Shown piece after piece: positions 30,176-38,084 of a stretch of DNA of 64,000 nt. Location: sequence record PP856017.1, one strand, 5' to 3'. The notes below the pieces were generated by a model. That model worked only from the letters and a program-made list of their open reading frames with translations, was not told the DNA's origin and made no database searches. The translations under genes and the position numbers were made by a program. The first letter of the stretch is position 1; every line of letters begins with the position of its first letter.

Positions 30176-31466
30176 GCGCGACTTTTTCATGCTTGGCATG
30201 AGAGAGGGCAAGTATCGGGACAAACGCTGGGTTCTGCGTGCTTTCGCTTTGGTGCGGGAGAACAAAACGCCCGAGACGTCCAAGCCTCTCGACATCATCC
30301 AGACACCGGCCGGGCATTTCTACAAGCATCCGGAATCCGGTGAACTCGAACAGATTCGTGGCACCTGGAAAGCAGGTCGTCCGATGTACGAGATCAAAGA
30401 AAAACTCACTGTGAAAAAAGGTGAGTTGCCCGGTATCCTGAAAGACGAGGAAACCGATTACGGTCGTATCCTCTACTACTGCGTTGTCTTCCTCCATTCG
30501 TTTGACGGGCGCGTGCCCTTTAAGAACCAGCAAATGGACATGGGGAAATTCGAAGATGAACTCGCAGCGAAACTCCAGGACGATGTTGAACCTGGACAGG
30601 AGGAGAACCCGGCTCTATTCTATCCTCGTCAACTCGTACGTTATTACGAGGCCATGGCGTACAGTCGAGGCCTGGCAATGCTGTGCGTACCCGCTGCTTC
30701 TCCGAAGTCAATGACCATCGATCCGAAGGTCTTGAAGCGGCGAGACGAGATCTTCAATGATCCGACCGTTGACCTGAACAACCAGGCAGTGGCCGCATCT
30801 GTGGAGAAGGAACTGGTTGACATGGATCGCGCTTCCTTTGAAGGCGATTCAGCTTCTGGCTTCCTTATCAACAAAAAAGACTTCGCGGTTATCCGTAAGA
30901 AGCGTTTCATTTCATTCGGCTCGGGGGCTGGCCTCACACCTGACTCCAAGACTGCGTATGTTAAGAGTAGCTTGAACGAAGGTGTGGATGTAAAACAGTT
31001 CAAGGACTATAACGATGAAATGCGTACTGGTTCGTATAAACGCGGCGTTGAAACAATGTTTGGCGGCGAACTGGATAAGTGGCTTGTCCGCGAATCCTCA
31101 AACATCCGGGTTCTTCCGGATGACTGTGGTAGCACTGTCGGTATTCCGACTGAAATCACCCCCGTCAACAAACTCCGCTGGCTCGGCTTTAACATCGTCG
31201 AAGGACGAGGCGTTACCAAGCTGACCGAGGACAACATTGGCACTTATATGGGCAAGGTCGTTCTGCGCCGGTCTCCGGCTGCATGCTGGGCACCTAAGCC
31301 GGACTATTGCACGGTGTGCCTGGGCGAAAAGCTCTCGATGAACCCGGATGCGATCTCTATCGCATTCTCGCAATACGGTCACGATTTCATGGGTGAATCC
31401 ATGAGCGCAATGCACGGCAAATCCTTGTCGATCGCGCGCTTCGATCTCGTGGCTGAAGCTTCCTAA
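30168..31466 (+). CDS. virion RNA polymerase beta-prime-like subunit (gp80-like)
   Basis: DDCGS and CWAPKPDYCTVC zinc-site motifs; MSAMHG; MDKRDFF N-terminus. Confidence 0.82.
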   Translation: MDKRDFFMLGMREGKYRDKRWVLRAFALVRENKTPETSKPLDIIQTPAGHFYKHPESGELEQIRGTWKAGRPMYEIKEKLTVKKGELPGILKDEETDYGRILYYCVVFLHSFDGRVPFKNQQMDMGKFEDELAAKLQDDVEPGQEENPALFYPRQLVRYYEAMAYSRGLAMLCVPAASPKSMTIDPKVLKRRDEIFNDPTVDLNNQAVAASVEKELVDMDRASFEGDSASGFLINKKDFAVIRKKRFISFGSGAGLTPDSKTAYVKSSLNEGVDVKQFKDYNDEMRTGSYKRGVETMFGGELDKWLVRESSNIRVLPDDCGSTVGIPTEITPVNKLRWLGFNIVEGRGVTKLTEDNIGTYMGKVVLRRSPAACWAPKPDYCTVCLGEKLSMNPDAISIAFSQYGHDFMGESMSAMHGKSLSIARFDLVAEAS

Positions 31467-31492
31467 CCTTTCTTTTACTGGAGATTATTCTC

Positions 31493-32482
31493 ATGGCGAC
31501 GGACCAACAAGGCGCAGAAGGCGCAACGCAAGATCAAGCAGCACTGGACGCAGCTAAGGCAGCTGCAGCAGATCAAGCGGCTCAGCAACAAGAGCAGCAA
31601 GACAACGCAGGCGATGCTGCCAAGGACACGACGACTTCGGGCGACGCGAAGGGCGAAACGCAGACCATCGCGAAGGAAGACGTTGGCAGCGTGACGGACG
31701 CTCTCGGTCTGGGTCTCGCGAGCGATGCAGCTACTGCCGCAATCGCTGGCGCTCAAGGCAATACCGGTACGCCGGGCGTGCAGGGTGTGGAACAGGCTGC
31801 CCAAACTCCCGCACCGACTCCGACTCCCGTTGTGAAGCCGGCTGCTGTGACCGCACAAGTGCGCAAGACCGTGCAAGTACCGCAAAACAGCAACGCCGGT
31901 GCGCGTGATGCTTCGACGCAACCGACGGCTGCTGCTCAAACGGCTGGTACGGTGAAGCCTGCTGCAACAACCGGTGCTGTGGTGAAGAACACGGCTGCAA
32001 CCGCAGTCGCCGACGATCGTCAATTGCCTGAAGTCGTGGCAGCAATGAAGGTCGCGAAGCCGCAAACGCAATCGGCGCTGTATCAAGTCATCGACTACGC
32101 AGACCGTTTGAACCCGGGCAAACGTGTCGACACGAAGACGATCGAGCAAGCTCAGGTGAACCTGCGCGTTGCGCTCTTCACGATCCTGTCGGCGGAAGAC
32201 GTGAACTTCAAGGTCGTGTACCAGGCACTGCTCGCCATCGTTCGCAAGCACAAGAACAACTGCTTCGCGATCACGGCCCGCAACCGCGGTCTGAACACGA
32301 TCACGCTGCAAGCCATGGACAACAAGAACATGCGCTTCCTGACGAAGATCGTCGATCTGCTCGTTCTGACCGCCGGCACCACCAGCGTCGAAGACGTCAA
32401 GCGTCACTACGACTTCTCGAAGCTGGCTGACTGGTGTCCGAACCAGCGTATCCAGCAGAACCTGACGTCGTACTACGCGTAA
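31493..32482 (+). CDS. conserved protein with Ala/Gln/Thr-rich N-terminal half
   Basis: 329 aa, GC-rich codons, GGAG RBS. Confidence 0.75.
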   Translation: MATDQQGAEGATQDQAALDAAKAAAADQAAQQQEQQDNAGDAAKDTTTSGDAKGETQTIAKEDVGSVTDALGLGLASDAATAAIAGAQGNTGTPGVQGVEQAAQTPAPTPTPVVKPAAVTAQVRKTVQVPQNSNAGARDASTQPTAAAQTAGTVKPAATTGAVVKNTAATAVADDRQLPEVVAAMKVAKPQTQSALYQVIDYADRLNPGKRVDTKTIEQAQVNLRVALFTILSAEDVNFKVVYQALLAIVRKHKNNCFAITARNRGLNTITLQAMDNKNMRFLTKIVDLLVLTAGTTSVEDVKRHYDFSKLADWCPNQRIQQNLTSYYA

Positions 32483-32496
32483 AGCGTAAAGGTGCA

Positions 32497-32544
32497 GACA
32501 TAGACTACCTACTCCCGCAAGGGAGTAGGTAGTCTACTTATGCC
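32497..32544. terminator. bidirectional 16-bp hairpin with GACATA / TATGCC flanks
   Basis: tagactacctactccc-gcaa-gggagtaggtagtcta between convergent genes. Confidence 0.8.
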
Positions 32545-32546
32545 GT

Positions 32547-33395
32547 CTAGGCGTAATTCATGCGCCGTGCTTTCTTGCTCTGCTTTTTAATGCGAGCAGC
32601 ACGTTGACGACGACTTTTCTGATGTTCCTGATTGTCGCGTCGCGCTTGTGCGGAGTAGTTCTCGCGTTCGATGCTCTTCACAGCTTCTGCGAAGTGCTTG
32701 TCAATTGCTGAACGGTAGAACTCTTTCGCAACGGATTCCCAATCCGTCATGTCTTCATCACCGAGGTAATCGAAAGGCTTGGTGGCGTAATCCATCGTAG
32801 TCTTGGCGATGCTCTGTCCGAAGTACGAAAGGATTGCCACAGCCATCGCTTCGCAACGCTCGCTGTAATGCAAATGTTGACGATGACGGTAAAAGACGCC
32901 CTGGATGCCCTTGAGTCGGAAGTTGTTTTCCACGAAGCACATGAGATCGTCACCGATAGCCGACAAACCTTTGTGGCCGGAATACAGAACGATTGCATCT
33001 GACGCATGCTTCATGCAGACGTGGAAGTAGTTCGGCATGTACTGGTCGATCAAGTGCTTCTTCGTGCACTGGTTCTCATACTCGATGATTGCGTCTTCGG
33101 TACGTTCCAAGACTTCTTTGGTGAAGCGGAAGAGAGACCAGTTGTGGATTTTGGCTTCTTCAGCCAGAGCGACTAGGCCGTCCTTGAACTCTTTGTACTT
33201 GAATCCCTGGATGGTCCATTCCTGATCGCGCTTGGCCTCGTAGGCCTTCTTGATTTTGTTTACAGCGGCTACTTCTTTACGGCTTGGTCTCTTCGACTTT
33301 TTGGCGTAGCGATGATTCCTGTAGATTGCGAACAAGCACAGGAGAACAAGGCCGATTACCCCAACACCCACAGCGGTCCAGTTATTCATTTTCAA
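32547..33395 (-). CDS. membrane-anchored hypothetical protein (282 aa)
   Basis: N-terminal TM helix AVGVGVIGLVLLCLFAIY; very basic C-terminus. Confidence 0.7.
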   Translation of the reverse strand: MKMNNWTAVGVGVIGLVLLCLFAIYRNHRYAKKSKRPSRKEVAAVNKIKKAYEAKRDQEWTIQGFKYKEFKDGLVALAEEAKIHNWSLFRFTKEVLERTEDAIIEYENQCTKKHLIDQYMPNYFHVCMKHASDAIVLYSGHKGLSAIGDDLMCFVENNFRLKGIQGVFYRHRQHLHYSERCEAMAVAILSYFGQSIAKTTMDYATKPFDYLGDEDMTDWESVAKEFYRSAIDKHFAEAVKSIERENYSAQARRDNQEHQKSRRQRAARIKKQSKKARRMNYA

Positions 33396-33412
33396 ACTCT
33401 TCTAGGTTTATG

Positions 33413-33817
33413 TCATTCAGGAACGTAGGAAAGTACAACGTAAGCGATACCGGGATTAAGACCAATCTTGTCGCCAAGGATAGGAATCAAACTGATACCG
33501 TCCAGAGTTGACATGTACAGCGCTGTCAGCCCAGCTTTGTCGTCCTCGAATTCGCATTCGCACGTGAATGCTCCATCGTCTTCGACTATTTTGCCAGCCT
33601 TAATGGCCTGGCTAAAATCCGTTTTGTCGGGATTCTTCTCGCGGATGTACTGCTGGAGTGCATATGCCAAACGAGCCGGTCTGGAGCCCTCGTTAAAGGC
33701 TGCAAAGTGCTTTCTCCATTCATCCACAGTGGTCTCGTACTCAGGCGGCAGAAAAATGTCCACGACCTGTTTAGTACGAGACCGGATAGTCTTTTGAACT
33801 AACCGGTCTAAGCTCAT
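33413..33817 (-). CDS. hypothetical protein (134 aa)
   Basis: Coupled to the ACP gene. Confidence 0.65.
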   Translation of the reverse strand: MSLDRLVQKTIRSRTKQVVDIFLPPEYETTVDEWRKHFAAFNEGSRPARLAYALQQYIREKNPDKTDFSQAIKAGKIVEDDGAFTCECEFEDDKAGLTALYMSTLDGISLIPILGDKIGLNPGIAYVVLSYVPE

Positions 33818-33818
33818 A

Positions 33819-34094
33819 TTACTCCTCGTTCAAAAGCAAAAGAATTTTGTCGAAGGCATCCTGCCAGATCTTGAAGGGTGTGTCGGGGAGGGTAATCTCC
33901 AACTCGTCTTCCAGTTCCGTCATGATGTCCATTACGTCCAGTGAATCCAGTCCATCGGATTCCAGGCCTTTCGCAAGAAAGTCACGGAACTCCGTACTGT
34001 TCTCGACCGCGGTCTTTCGGACCGTTTTCGGATCGTAGGAAGATACAACTTGTACAAGCACTCGCCGTGCTTTTTGTGCTTTGGCCTCAGCCAT
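33819..34094 (-). CDS. acyl carrier protein-like
   Basis: GLDSLDVMDIMTELEDELEITLPD aligns with ACP [24 protein letters not shown]; Ser51 is the predicted phosphopantetheine site. Confidence 0.85.
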   Translation of the reverse strand: MAEAKAQKARRVLVQVVSSYDPKTVRKTAVENSTEFRDFLAKGLESDGLDSLDVMDIMTELEDELEITLPDTPFKIWQDAFDKILLLLNEE

Positions 34095-34146
34095 TTTAAA
34101 AACCCCGTCGTTATTTCAAATGCGGTTTCGGTCGAAAACCAAATTA

Positions 34147-34341
34147 TCAGGGTTTCTCTAAGTTGTATAAGTCTTTCAATTCATCATGAAAAACCCTCAG
34201 CTGAATCATCCAGGATTTTTCAATGTCATTGAATTCGAACTGACAATTGAAAGCATGACCGCTTTGATCAACAACTTGACAGAGAATGCTCTTTTCTTGA
34301 GGCATTTTCTTCAGGATCTCAATTAGCTCTGGTGGTCTCAT
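34147..34341 (-). CDS. small hypothetical protein (64 aa)
   Basis: GAGGT RBS; fills the gap upstream of ACP. Confidence 0.6.
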   Translation of the reverse strand: MRPPELIEILKKMPQEKSILCQVVDQSGHAFNCQFEFNDIEKSWMIQLRVFHDELKDLYNLEKP

Positions 34342-34357
34342 TTAAACCTCAAAAAAA

Positions 34358-34408
34358 TAAGTAGACAGCAAAAAGGGCGGGACAGAGAGGCCGAAGCCTC
34401 CCCATCCC
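34358..34408 (-). terminator. cUUCGg intrinsic terminator closing the large RNA candidate
   Basis: GGGAUGGGGAGGC-UUCG-GCCUCUCUGUCCC followed by U tracts. Confidence 0.75.
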
Positions 34409-34429
34409 AAGCCTAAGATGAAACTGAAC

Positions 34430-34800
34430 TTACACCCCAAAGTCGTCGCATCACCACAAGGAAATGACGAGTGACGACGATGGGCTATAAGCTACTCAGC
34501 GAGTGTCTCCCGACATTTCGCATAGCTTACAACTGGTCCCGAAAAGACCCCTACAATCGATGCGGGCTTAACACACACGAAGGCCCGAGTGCTCGTAACG
34601 CAGCCGCGAACGCGCGCGGCTGCGAGTCGGCAAGGCACCCTATTCCATATCGAGGCGGCAACAAAGGCGGCCTAATGGTAAAGGTCGTGCGGGTAGAGGA
34701 CTCGATTTCGAGACCGATCCTCAGCCGCAATACGACGTGTGTGTTTCGCGGGCCTTTCACCCGAGTGAAGAGCTAGGGCGCGTACGCCGACTCTAACACC
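34430..34800 (-). ncRNA. candidate large structured ncRNA (about 370 nt, multi-branch with pseudoknot)
   Basis: More than eight nested helices, G.U pairs and GNRA/UUCG-type loops on the minus strand; no credible ORF; see findings. Confidence 0.7.
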
Positions 34801-34880
34801 TCTGCCTCGAACAGATCTTCAGAAGCCATCTTGTTAAAGAACGTATCTGCTAGATAGTTAGTCTAGAAGATTGCGCGCAA

Positions 34881-35636
34881 TTACTGCGCGGCGGGCGACT
34901 GCTGGTTTTCGTCGGTCGTGCCAGCCGGAGCTTGCGGATCGACGGCTGCCGGTGCAACCGCTTCCTGCGGTGCTGCTTGAGCCGGATCGGTTTCCACCGG
35001 TGCGACTTCAGCAGGTGCAGCTTGCTCGCCAGCGGCGGGATCGACTTCCGGGGCAGCTTCTTGAGCCACGCCTTCGTCGGCCGCGCCGGACGGCTGAGCT
35101 TGTTCCGTGCTCGCGTCTTCTTGCGAAGCGGCGTCCACGGGTGCAGCGGCTTGTTCGGCCGGAACTTCAACTGCCGGGGCGTCACCTTGCGGTGCTGCAT
35201 CGGCGCCGTTGTCCACGGGCGTTTCAGCTGCTTGATCTGCTGCGGGGGCAGCATCGCCTGCAACCGGCGCATCTGCGGGAGCGGCTTCAGCCGTACCTGC
35301 GTCAGCACCAGCTGCCGGATCTTGTTCGACGGCCGGAGCTTCGTCCGTCGGTTGTGCTTGTTCGGCGGCGGCCGGCGTCGGATCTGCGTCTTGAGTGCCA
35401 GCATCTGCGGCGGGAGCGGTCGATGCTGCTGCGACCGTGGTCACGTCCGTCGGTGCGACGATGGCTTGCGTGCCGTCCGGCAGGTTCACTGCGAGCGGCG
35501 CTGCTGCGTGTTGTTCTTCGTGCTTTTCGAACAACGCGACGATGTGTTGTGCGACGTGTTCCGGCAGTTCAGCCAGGGCTTCGAGTGCCAGGAGTTCAGC
35601 GCGCAATGCGCCGATTGCTTTCGAGATGATGCTCAT
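34881..35636 (-). CDS. Ala/Pro/Asp/Glu-rich largely disordered protein (251 aa)
   Basis: Helical first 43 aa then low-complexity acidic tail; GC-rich codons; GGAAG RBS. Confidence 0.75.
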   Translation of the reverse strand: MSIISKAIGALRAELLALEALAELPEHVAQHIVALFEKHEEQHAAAPLAVNLPDGTQAIVAPTDVTTVAAASTAPAADAGTQDADPTPAAAEQAQPTDEAPAVEQDPAAGADAGTAEAAPADAPVAGDAAPAADQAAETPVDNGADAAPQGDAPAVEVPAEQAAAPVDAASQEDASTEQAQPSGAADEGVAQEAAPEVDPAAGEQAAPAEVAPVETDPAQAAPQEAVAPAAVDPQAPAGTTDENQQSPAAQ

Positions 35637-35694
35637 GTTTCTTCCAGGAAGGAGATTGTCAAAGGAGCTAGGCGGCTGCTTCGCTCATACCATT

Positions 35695-35877
35695 TTAGAG
35701 CAAGTGCAAGACCCCACTCGGAGGTTCGTGAAGCCGTGAACCGCCTTGGAGATCGGCGTAACAGTACTGCGGAAAAACCTTACGTTCGTCATGCCAGAGC
35801 CGGCCATCAAAATGCGTGATGTCTTTGCCGCAATGGATGCAAACCGACTTAATAGTGTTCTTCTTTTGTGTCGTCAT
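35695..35877 (-). CDS. small CxxC protein (about 60 aa)
   Basis: MTTQKK...CIHCGK; overlaps the upstream gene by 29 nt. Confidence 0.4.
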   Translation of the reverse strand: MTTQKKNTIKSVCIHCGKDITHFDGRLWHDERKVFPQYCYADLQGGSRLHEPPSGVLHLL

Positions 35878-36187
35878 TTTTGAGTGTGGGCATGAAACCC
35901 AGGTCGACGAAACACTCACCGAATCCGATCGAGAGTGTCGTTGCAATTCGTCCGTGAGGTTTCTTAACCCACATGTCACGTGTGACTTGACGAACTGCGA
36001 ATTTTTTAACGATGGCATCGACTACCGTCTGCGGTTCGCTGGGTTCTTCAATCCAGGGAATGCAAATGATGTCGAAGTCTCTTGCCATGGAACCATGGAC
36101 CGCCATTCCCCAGCCATGGGATCTGGCTATCTCTGCGAGTTCAGGATACAAAGCGCAGTAGACTGGAGCGTAGTTCGCAGGCTTCAT
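35849..36187 (-). CDS. small phage protein with nucleotidyltransferase-like HGSxxRDxD motif
   Basis: IARSHGWGMAVHGSMARDFDIICIPW. Confidence 0.55.
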   Translation of the reverse strand: MKPANYAPVYCALYPELAEIARSHGWGMAVHGSMARDFDIICIPWIEEPSEPQTVVDAIVKKFAVRQVTRDMWVKKPHGRIATTLSIGFGECFVDLGFMPTLKNDDTKEEHY

Positions 36188-36188
36188 T

Positions 36189-36566
36189 TCACATCTTCCT
36201 CAACCACACGTCGATGTGGATGTGACTCATGACGATAAGGAATGCGTAAAGCACCTTACACGCCACATGAAGGAGTTGGTCTCCCATCGCGCTGATACGC
36301 TGTTGTACTCGCACGCAATCGATAACCCAATGAAGCAAGAGTTCTGCGATCGCGATCTGTAATGCCAGAGCCGGATCAAACAGCCACACGATGCCGTATG
36401 TTGCAGCCGCTTGAATCCAGCAGTGCGCAGTCAATCCGAACCACCACGGAAAGACCGGCACCTGTTTGTTCTTGATGTCCGACAAGAACTGGCCTTGACC
36501 TGGAAAGTCAAAGAACCAATGAACGGCGAGCAAACCGCTTAGCACCGTAATAAACGACGTGAACAT
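36189..36566 (-). CDS. DUF3307 family membrane protein
   Basis: HWFFDFPGQ, AHCW, HWVID, DQLLH; GGAG RBS before ATG 36566. Confidence 0.8.
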   Translation of the reverse strand: MFTSFITVLSGLLAVHWFFDFPGQGQFLSDIKNKQVPVFPWWFGLTAHCWIQAAATYGIVWLFDPALALQIAIAELLLHWVIDCVRVQQRISAMGDQLLHVACKVLYAFLIVMSHIHIDVWLRKM

Positions 36567-36590
36567 GTTTGCTCCGAAGAAAGGATGGCC

Positions 36591-36674
36591 CAAGATCTAT
36601 ATCGCCGGGGGAGCGCTTTGTTGGAGCTCGACGCCTGAAGAGGAGGTTGGGGCGTGCGCTCAAACTCGATCTTG
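36591..36674 (-). other. structured element with C-rich loop (ACCUCCU)
   Basis: Nested stems CAAGAUC/GAUCUUG, GAGCGC/GCGCUC, ACGCC/GGCGU. Confidence 0.45.
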
Positions 36675-36678
36675 AACC

Positions 36679-36715
36679 AAAAAAATAGAAGGTGAACTGT
36701 GAAAGCTTCACCCCC
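36679..36715 (-). terminator. intrinsic terminator of the small RNA candidate
   Basis: GGGGGUGAAGCU...AGUUCACCUUC-UAUUUUUUU. Confidence 0.75.
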
Positions 36716-36838
36716 TTATGAAAGGAGCCCAGAACGCATGCCTATATTTCAAGGCGCATCCTGATTGGGTCTGTGTCATCGCCTGCGTGCGCGCTCGCCG
36801 CGTGGCTATGAAATCAAGACGATCGTTCTGGGCAAATC
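36680..36838 (-). ncRNA. candidate small structured ncRNA (about 160 nt) with T-loop-like hairpin
   Basis: 10-bp closing stem 36727-36736/36824-36833, internal helices, TATG just upstream, own terminator. Confidence 0.6.
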
Positions 36839-36867
36839 ATAGCGGATGTAATTATTTTTTTATATCC

Positions 36868-37377
36868 TTAGAGTTCGACGAAGTCGACCTTGGGACCATG
36901 TCGCAGCGATCCGGCCCATTCGCTGCTTTGACTCAATTTCCCATGAATTGTTGAACGAATGATCGATTCGCGATCTGAGGCACGGTAGAATAACCGCGGG
37001 ATCCACAGATCGCATTCGACCGCAATGTTGTCGACCGACACCAGCACTTTGGCGGGAAGCATGTGATCGCGACGACCCATGTTATCGTGATCGTTCAGCG
37101 CTTCCGCAAGCCTCAGGAAGGTGTTACGCTGACTGGTCAGGAAATCATAAGCCGGATCAAAAGGCCCGCAGTCTTGTGACAGCTGGTCGTTTTCATTAAC
37201 GAGTTTGATGCACTCGTCGTAGGAAATGGGGCCGATATTCCTCTTGTAAATCGAGAGCGTCATTTCGGCGCGACGCTTAAGTCTTTCGATGCCTGGGCCC
37301 CGATCCTCCATCAGGTCCTTCAGGTTTTGTTCGCGACGAGCGCGAATCTGTTCTTCTAGTTCCGGTCGGGAAAGCAT
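36868..37377 (-). CDS. hypothetical protein (169 aa)
   Basis: Part of a tightly packed minus-strand run. Confidence 0.65.
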   Translation of the reverse strand: MLSRPELEEQIRARREQNLKDLMEDRGPGIERLKRRAEMTLSIYKRNIGPISYDECIKLVNENDQLSQDCGPFDPAYDFLTSQRNTFLRLAEALNDHDNMGRRDHMLPAKVLVSVDNIAVECDLWIPRLFYRASDRESIIRSTIHGKLSQSSEWAGSLRHGPKVDFVEL

Positions 37378-37379
37378 TT

Positions 37380-38069
37380 TCAGCCCTTGTAAAGTTGGAA
37401 CAACTCGACAATCAATTCCCGTTGGCCGATTTCATCCATCTCGAAATCATTGTAGATCGTGGTAGCTTCCATGTAAAGATCATGGACGTTACCGATGACC
37501 GGCGCACGTTTACCTTTCATGGTAAGCACGCAATGATCCGGGACTTCTTCACCCTGCATTGCCATCAGAAGACGGCCGTTGGTCGGGTGTTCGTAAATCG
37601 ACAACGGTTCCAGGTTCGTCAGCATATCGATACCAACGACGATCTGACTTTCACTGCTTACAGCACGGGCACGTTGAACTGCCATCACGCTCATGCCCAA
37701 CTGGCCGAACAGAACCCGCTTGTCCAGCTGACGCAGGAAATCGAAGCAGCCTTTCATCAACACGCTCGATGCGGGATTGCTCGCAACGAATGCCAGGGCT
37801 TCGAAACCATCCGTCGACGGATGGACAAACAGATGCTGCAGCGGTACTCCGTAGAACATTTCCTTCCACTTGCCAGGATGTTCCTTAACGAAGTGTGAAC
37901 CAAACGGCCCGACGTGAATGAATTCTTGCAGCAAGAAACTGACAAGGTGATCCAGTTCTTCATCTTCGGGAGCTTCAGGGGAACGCATGAACCAGAAGTC
38001 AGTCGAACGAAAGTTAACGTCCTCCTCCATCTGGGCAAAGCGTTCCTGATGTTCAGCGCCTAACAACAT
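37380..38069 (-). CDS. hypothetical protein (229 aa)
   Basis: GGAGG RBS, natural composition. Confidence 0.7.
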   Translation of the reverse strand: MLLGAEHQERFAQMEEDVNFRSTDFWFMRSPEAPEDEELDHLVSFLLQEFIHVGPFGSHFVKEHPGKWKEMFYGVPLQHLFVHPSTDGFEALAFVASNPASSVLMKGCFDFLRQLDKRVLFGQLGMSVMAVQRARAVSSESQIVVGIDMLTNLEPLSIYEHPTNGRLLMAMQGEEVPDHCVLTMKGKRAPVIGNVHDLYMEATTIYNDFEMDEIGQRELIVELFQLYKG

Positions 38070-38084
38070 AGGCCCTCCAAATAG

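Noticed and set aside
34471-34776. ORFs of 101 aa (+) and 69 aa (-) over the large RNA candidate
   Set aside because: No RBS, GTG starts and unnatural composition; dense base-pairing explains the region better
36718-36954. 78-aa plus-strand ORF across the small RNA candidate
   Set aside because: Opposite to local gene orientation and overlaps a real gene end
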